In this document: positions 1 to 4,968 of the stretch, in pieces
Layout: every line of letters starts with the position of its first letter
Position numbering within the stretch: the first letter of the stretch is position 1
IMG/VR virus record: IMGVR_UViG_2711768067_000002
Coordinates: 1 to 4,968 of that record
Strand: one strand, 5' to 3'
Source: a virus
Lineage: Duplodnaviria; Heunggongvirae; Uroviricota; Caudoviricetes
DNA length: 4,968 bases
Program-made: the position numbers and the translations under genes
The notes under the pieces: generated by a model
What the model was told of the DNA's origin: nothing
What the model saw: the letters and a program-made list of their open reading frames with translations, nothing else
The model's database searches: none

Positions 1-98
1 CCACGGGAATATCTGCGGCAGTGGGCCAGTGATGGGGTAAGTGATAACAGGTGTCTGGAAATATAGGGGCAAATCCAGTATTTTTTGATGTTTGACAT
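1..98 (-). CDS. Possible 5' end of a leftward ORF running off the window edge (start codon at 98..96)
   Basis: Minus-strand ATG at 98..96 preceded by GAGGA about 9 nt upstream; open to the window edge (MSNIKKYWICPYISRHLLSLTPSLAHCRRYSR...). A second frame from the ATG at 106..104 is also open, so the frame is uncertain. Too short and truncated to name. Confidence 0.3.
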   Translation of the reverse strand, partial: MSNIKKYWICPYISRHLLSLTPSLAHCRRYSR

Positions 99-116
99 CT
101 ATTCATATCCTCACAG

Positions 117-144
117 ATAAAAAATCGCCCTCACATTGGAGGGC
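117..144 (-). terminator. Candidate intrinsic terminator downstream of ral
   Basis: Minus strand reads GCCCTC-CAATGT-GAGGGC (6 bp GC-rich stem, 6 nt loop; plus 127..144) followed by GATTTTTTAT (plus 117..126). Lies downstream of the ral stop on the pL transcript. Confidence 0.45.
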
Positions 145-280
145 AAAGAAGATTTCCAATAATCAGAACAAGTCAGCTCCTGTTTAGTTACGAGCGACAT
201 TGCTCCGTGTATTCACTCGTTGGAATGAATACACAGTGCAGTGTTTATTCTGTTATTTATGCCAAAAATAAAGGCCACTA

Positions 281-481
281 TCAGGCAGCTTTGTTGTTCT
301 GTTTACCAAGTTCTCTGGCAATCATTGCCGTCGTTCGTATTGCCCATTTATCGACATATTTCCCATCTTCCATTACAGGAAACATTTCTTCAGGCTTAAC
401 CATGCATTTCGATTGCAGCTTGCATCCATTGCATCGCTTGAATTGTCCACACCATTGATTTTTATCAATAGTCGTAGTCAT
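281..481 (-). CDS. ral: Restriction alleviation protein Ral (66 aa)
   Basis: 66 aa ORF MTTTIDKNQWCGQFKRCNGCKL... matches the lambda Ral sequence as I recall it, with the same length and the same position left of N on the pL strand. AGGA lies about 13 nt upstream of the ATG. Confidence 0.85.
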   Translation of the reverse strand: MTTTIDKNQWCGQFKRCNGCKLQSKCMVKPEEMFPVMEDGKYVDKWAIRTTAMIARELGKQNNKAA

Positions 482-551
482 ACGGATAGTCCTGGTATTG
501 TTCCATCACATCCTGAGGATGCTCTTCGAACTCTTCAAATTCTTCTTCCAT
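465..551 (-). CDS. Small acidic ORF (28 aa), orf28-like, overlapping the ral start by 17 nt
   Basis: Translation of the minus strand from ATG at 551..549 gives MEEEFEEFEEHPQDVMEQYQDYPYDYDY then TGA (plus 465..467). Length and the 17 nt overlap with ral match the lambda orf28 arrangement as recalled. Not in the ORF track because it is below the length cutoff. Confidence 0.5.
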   Translation of the reverse strand: MEEEFEEFEEHPQDVMEQYQDYPYDYDY

Positions 552-603
552 ATATCACCTTAAATAGTGGATTGCGGTAGTAAAGATTGTGCCTGTCTTT
601 TAA

Positions 604-1501
<898 letters not shown>

Positions 1502-1597
1502 CTGGATTCTCCTGTCAGTTAGCTTTGAGTAACGCGCCGTGATGCTTATCCCCACGGTTGCTGTCTTGCAGCTGCATTTCGCGCTACTCAAAGCTTT

Positions 1598-1642
1598 CTG
1601 CTTTGAATGCTGCCCTTCTTCAGGGCTAAATTTTTAAGAGCC
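1598..1642 (-). promoter_or_regulatory. nutL: nutL site (boxA-like plus boxB hairpin)
   Basis: Minus strand reads GGCTCTTAA-AAATTTA-GCCCTGAAGAAGGGC-AGCATTCAAAGCAG; boxB GCCCTGAAGAAGGGC is plus 1612..1626. The boxA-like element begins with G rather than the canonical C of CGCTCTTA. Confidence 0.75.
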
Positions 1643-1682
1643 TCACCTTCAATGGTGGTTAGTGCGTCCTGCTGACGGGCTA

Positions 1683-1745
1683 AGTATCACCGCTAGTGGT
1701 ATTTGTGTCAACACCGCTAGAGATATTTTATCACCGCAAATGGTT
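1683..1745 (-). promoter_or_regulatory. pL promoter with operators oL1, oL2, oL3
   Basis: Three 17 bp repressor-type sites: tatcaccgctagtggta (1685..1701), caacaccgctagagata (1709..1725), tatcaccgcaaatggtt (1729..1745). On the minus strand, -35 TTGACA (plus 1706..1711), a 17 nt spacer, and -10 GATACT (plus 1683..1688). Confidence 0.85.
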
Positions 1746-1900
1746 ATCTGTATGTTTTTTATATGGATTTATTTTTTCGAGTGAGTGTATTGCCTCGGCG
1801 ATGTAAGGAGAGATCAGAATTGCGTTGTTTAGTGAGTTGTATCTATTTATTTTCCAATAAATACAATTGGTTATGTGTTTTTAGGTGGGGCGATCGTGAG

Positions 1901-1928
1901 GCAAAGAAAAACCGGCGCTGAGGCCGGG
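1901..1928 (-). terminator. Intrinsic terminator ending the cI-cassette transcript (tImm-like)
   Basis: Minus strand CCGGCCTCAGCGCCGG hairpin (plus 1912..1927) followed by TTTTTCTTTGCC (plus 1901..1910), immediately after the stop of the 206 aa ORF (1929..1931). Confidence 0.6.
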
Positions 1929-2549
1929 TTAATGCTGGGGAGTGATTTTTTTGTTGTCTGTTGGCTGGGTATTTTGTGGCGGCGCTTGCAAAGTGGAAGG
2001 CTGTTGCAAAGGTGCGTGGTCTGACTTTAAAGCTGATACCAGCCCGGGAATCGCAACTATTACAGCGATAATGACACTAAAAATGGCTAATCGTATAGAA
2101 ATACCCGACTGAACACCACTAATTGCGGTATTAACCCCTGTTATTTGTCCTTGAATTCCTTCGAATCTCCCATTAATTGCTTTTAAATCGCCAGCAGCGC
2201 TATCCATTTTTCCATCGATCTTGGACGATAGAGAGCTTATGGCCGCATTAAGTGATGCAAATTGGACATTAACGCTTTCACGAGATAGAGCCATGTCAGC
2301 CCTAATGGAAGAAGCAATAGACTCCATCTCTGCTTTATTAGCAGCTAAGCGAGCATCAAGTTCCTCTCTGCTGATCGTTCCCACTTCTTCCTCCGTTTGT
2401 GGCGGTTTTATGTAATTATTTTGCACCTTGGTGGGAGAATTATCAAATTCAGCCTCAAAATCGGAACCGCCAACAACCTTCAACCTCCGGCTTTCAGATA
2501 TGTTGGTGTCTTGCTTTCCATGATTATTTAAATTGCTGTCGTCACTCAT
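1929..2549 (-). CDS. Hypothetical 206 aa protein with a polar N-terminus, a predicted helical/coiled region, one C-terminal transmembrane helix and a Pro/Gln-rich tail; distal gene of the cassette in the rexB slot
   Basis: ATG at 2549..2547 overlaps the upstream ORF's TGA in an ATGA arrangement (translational coupling). Hydrophobic stretch RLAIFSVIIAVIVAIPGLVSAL near the C-terminus; small-residue-rich repeats (INGRFEGIQGQITGVNTAISGVQSGIS) precede it. No resemblance to RexB (144 aa, multi-pass) as recalled. Confidence 0.75.
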   Translation of the reverse strand: MSDDSNLNNHGKQDTNISESRRLKVVGGSDFEAEFDNSPTKVQNNYIKPPQTEEEVGTISREELDARLAANKAEMESIASSIRADMALSRESVNVQFASLNAAISSLSSKIDGKMDSAAGDLKAINGRFEGIQGQITGVNTAISGVQSGISIRLAIFSVIIAVIVAIPGLVSALKSDHAPLQQPSTLQAPPQNTQPTDNKKITPQH

Positions 2550-2980
2550 AATAGCTCTACGGTGAAAAATGATTCATTTTTATGAAGTTCATTTTTAGGG
2601 TCTTCATTATCTTGCAATCTCCCTATAACACTATACAGCCCTTTAGCTGGGACCCTAATTTCTTTCAATGTTACTATTACCTGTCCGCCAACCCCTGTTT
2701 CAAAATGGCTATCTTTCGTATCGATGAAAAGTGAAACTGATTCCGAAGAGCCGTCAGGGAATTGAATTTCCTCACCTTTTTTTATAATTAGGTGCGCGGG
2801 GATTACCATAATACCCAAATTATATCTTGAATTTGGTTTCAACCCGATCATACCAACCCTGAAATCAATTGATAGCCGCGCAGGAAATTCATTGCATGTA
2901 AAATTAAGCGTCGGTTGGTTGGGTTCTTCGCTGCTATCAAATGGGGTTATAAAAGATATTCTTTCTAAATTAAGTGCCAT
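2546..2980 (-). CDS. Hypothetical ~144 aa soluble protein; proximal gene of the cassette in the rexA slot
   Basis: Preferred start is ATG at 2980..2978 with AGGAG 5 nt upstream (minus strand AGGAGAATTTATG), giving MALNLERISFITPFDSS.... The ORF-track start (GTG 3034 / ATG 3031 overlapping the cI stop) lacks a convincing SD but is not excluded. No transmembrane segment, no recognisable catalytic motif, no resemblance to RexA (279 aa) as recalled. Confidence 0.7.
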   Translation of the reverse strand: MALNLERISFITPFDSSEEPNQPTLNFTCNEFPARLSIDFRVGMIGLKPNSRYNLGIMVIPAHLIIKKGEEIQFPDGSSESVSLFIDTKDSHFETGVGGQVIVTLKEIRVPAKGLYSVIGRLQDNEDPKNELHKNESFFTVELL

Positions 2981-3030
2981 AAATTCTCCTGCATCGCTGT
3001 ATGCTCTACGAGCATCTCGGCGACTTATCA

Positions 3031-3747
<717 letters not shown>

Positions 3748-3748
3748 T

Positions 3749-3820
3749 TAAATCTATCACCGCAAGGGATAAATATCTAACACCGTGCGTGTTGACTGTT
3801 TTACCTCTAGCGGTGATAAT
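3749..3820. promoter_or_regulatory. Right operator/promoter switch: oR3, oR2, oR1 with divergent pRM and pR
   Basis: oR3 tatcaccgcaagggata (3755..3771), oR2 taacaccgtgcgtgttg (3778..3794), oR1 tacctctagcggtgata (3802..3818). pR -35 TTGACT (3792..3797), 17 nt spacer, -10 GATAAT (3815..3820). pRM on the minus strand: -10 GATTTA (plus 3749..3754), -35 TAGATA (plus 3774..3779). Confidence 0.9.
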
Positions 3821-3835
3821 AATTGCATGTACTAA

Positions 3836-4045
<210 letters not shown>

Positions 4046-4052
4046 ATAACAC

Positions 4053-4084
4053 CGCTCTTACACATCACAGCCCTGAAAAAGGGC
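4053..4084 (+). promoter_or_regulatory. nutR: nutR site (boxA CGCTCTTAC plus boxB hairpin)
   Basis: cgctcttac at 4053..4061 and gccctgaaaaagggc at 4070..4084, immediately downstream of cro. Confidence 0.8.
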
Positions 4085-4160
4085 ATCAAATTAAACCACA
4101 CCTATGGTGTATGCATTTATTTGCATACATTCAATCAATTGTTATCTAAGGAAATACTTA
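4085..4160 (+). terminator. Probable Rho-dependent tR1 region between nutR and cII
   Basis: Assigned by position from established lambda organisation only. A Rho-dependent terminator has no obligatory hairpin, so the sequence cannot confirm it; a short inverted repeat gtatgc...gcatac is present. Confidence 0.35.
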
Positions 4161-4186
4161 CATATGGTTCGTGCAAACAAACGCAA
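4140..4186 (-). promoter_or_regulatory. pRE-like promoter with CII-binding TTGC-N6-TTGC direct repeat
   Basis: Minus strand TTGCGTTTGTTTGC (plus 4173..4186) overlaps the cII 5' codons, as in lambda pRE; a -10-like TAAGTA lies upstream of it on the plus axis. Confidence 0.6.
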
Positions 4187-4457
4187 CGAGGCTCTACGAA
4201 TCGAGAGTGCGTTGCTTAACAAAATCGCAATGCTTGGAACTGAGAAGACAGCGGAAGCTGTGGGAGTTGATAAGTCGCAGATCAGCAGGTGGAAGAGGGA
4301 TTGGATTCCAAAGTTCTCAATGCTGCTTGCTGTTCTTGAATGGGGTGTCGTTGACGACGACATGGCTCGATTGGCACGACAAGTTGCTTCGATTCTCACC
4401 AATAAAAAACGCCCGGCGGCAACCGAGCGTTCTGAACAAATCCAGATGGAATTCTGA
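4164..4457 (+). CDS. cII: Transcriptional activator CII (97 aa)
   Basis: MVRANKRNEALRIESALLNKIAMLGTEKTAEAVGVDKSQISRWKRDWIPKFSMLLAVLEWGVVDDDMARLARQVASILTNKKRPAATERSEQIQMEF, near-identical to lambda CII. The ORF-track entry starts further upstream; the real start is the ATG at 4164. Confidence 0.95.
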   Translation: MVRANKRNEALRIESALLNKIAMLGTEKTAEAVGVDKSQISRWKRDWIPKFSMLLAVLEWGVVDDDMARLARQVASILTNKKRPAATERSEQIQMEF

Positions 4458-4489
4458 GGTCATTACTGGATCAATCCACAGGAGTAATT

Positions 4490-4968
4490 ATGACAAATAC
4501 AGCAAAAATACTCAACTTCGGCAGAGGTAACTTTGCCGAACAGGAGCGTAATGTGGCAGATCTCGATGATGGTTACGCCAGACTATCAAATATGCTGCTT
4601 GAGGCTTATTCAGGCGCAGATCTGACCAAGCGACAGTTTAAAGTGCTGCTTGCCATTCTGCGTAAAACCTATGGGTGGAATAAACCAATGGACAGAATCA
4701 CCGATTCTCAACTTAGCGAGATTACAAAGTTACCTGTCAAACGGTGCAATGAAGCCAAGTTAGAACTCGTCAGAATGAATATTATCAAGCAGCAAGGCGG
4801 CATGTTTGGACCAAATAAAAACATCTCAGAATGGTGTATCCCTCAAAACGAGGGAAAATCCCCTAAAACGAGGGATAAAACATCCCTCAAATTGGGGGAT
4901 TGCTATCCCTCAAAACAGGGGGACACAAAAGACACTATTACAAAAGAAAAAAGAAAAGATTATTCGTC
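4490..4968 (+). CDS. O: Replication initiator O, N-terminal part (truncated by window end)
   Basis: ATG at 4490 with GGAG upstream; translation MTNTAKILNFGRGNFAEQERNVADLDDGYARLSNMLLEAYSGADLTKRQFKVLLAILRKTYGWNKPMDRITDSQLSEITKLPVKRCNEAKLELVRMNIIKQQGGMFGPNKNISEWCIPQNEGKSPKTRDK... matches lambda O; open to the window edge. Confidence 0.9.
   Translation, partial: MTNTAKILNFGRGNFAEQERNVADLDDGYARLSNMLLEAYSGADLTKRQFKVLLAILRKTYGWNKPMDRITDSQLSEITKLPVKRCNEAKLELVRMNIIKQQGGMFGPNKNISEWCIPQNEGKSPKTRDKTSLKLGDCYPSKQGDTKDTITKEKRKDYS
4838..4923. repeat. ori iterons: four ~18-19 bp O-protein binding repeats inside the O reading frame
   Basis: Four tandem copies of ATCCCTCAAAACGAGGGA-type repeats with internal dyad symmetry (approx. 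4838..4856, 4859..4876, 4882..4899, 4905..4923), followed by an A/T-rich stretch (4925 onward) cut by the window end. Confidence 0.85.

Noticed and set aside
207-458. 83 aa plus-strand ORF
   Set aside because: Antisense to ral across most of its length; low-complexity translation, no RBS, no recognisable motif.
1502-1591. Upstream in-frame extension of the N ORF (137 aa track entry)
   Set aside because: The recognisable N protein starts at the internal ATG (1501); the extension runs into the nutL/leader region and merely reflects absence of an earlier stop.
2221-2415. 64 aa plus-strand ORF
   Set aside because: Antisense within the 206 aa cassette ORF; no start context.
1929-3030. Reading the two-gene cassette as a toxin-antitoxin pair or a holin-antiholin lysis pair
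   Set aside because: Cannot be excluded from sequence alone, but the position in the cI-tImm lysogenic operon rather than the late lysis region argues against a lysis cassette. A toxin-antitoxin reading overlaps with the abortive-infection hypothesis, so it is kept as an alternative rather than a separate call.
4142-4530. Two ORFs overlapping cII (86 aa minus, 119 aa plus in another frame)
   Set aside because: Alternative-frame and antisense shadows of cII and the cII-O junction; the cII and O frames are the recognisable proteins.
4838-4923. Tandem ~18 bp repeats that could be mistaken for a CRISPR array
   Set aside because: They are contiguous or nearly so with no unique spacers, lie inside the O coding frame, and match the known ori iteron arrangement.

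Overview
This window is the immunity/early-control region of a lambda-family temperate phage (prophage or phage genome), read here from sequence alone with lambda as a recalled, unsearched reference. Gene order left to right: a possible partial leftward ORF, ral and an orf28-like ORF (-), a rightward ORF in the position lambda uses for sieB, N (-), nutL, pL/oL1-3, a tImm-like terminator, a two-gene leftward cassette, cI (-), the oR1-3/pRM/pR switch, cro (+), nutR, cII (+), and the 5' part of O (+) containing the ori iterons. cI, Cro, CII, N and Ral are near-identical but not identical to lambda. The main finding is that the slot lambda fills with rexA-rexB, between the cI stop and the tImm terminator, is instead filled by two translationally coupled ORFs: a ~144 aa soluble protein and a 206 aa protein with one C-terminal transmembrane helix. 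Neither resembles RexA or RexB, and the swap junctions sit exactly at the flanking stop codons. I propose this as a candidate lysogen-expressed two-component exclusion/abortive-infection module; the function is inference, not demonstrated. A second possible cargo site is the Cys4-containing ORF next to N. Three operator half-site centres (oL1, oL2, oR1) also differ from lambda as I recall it.
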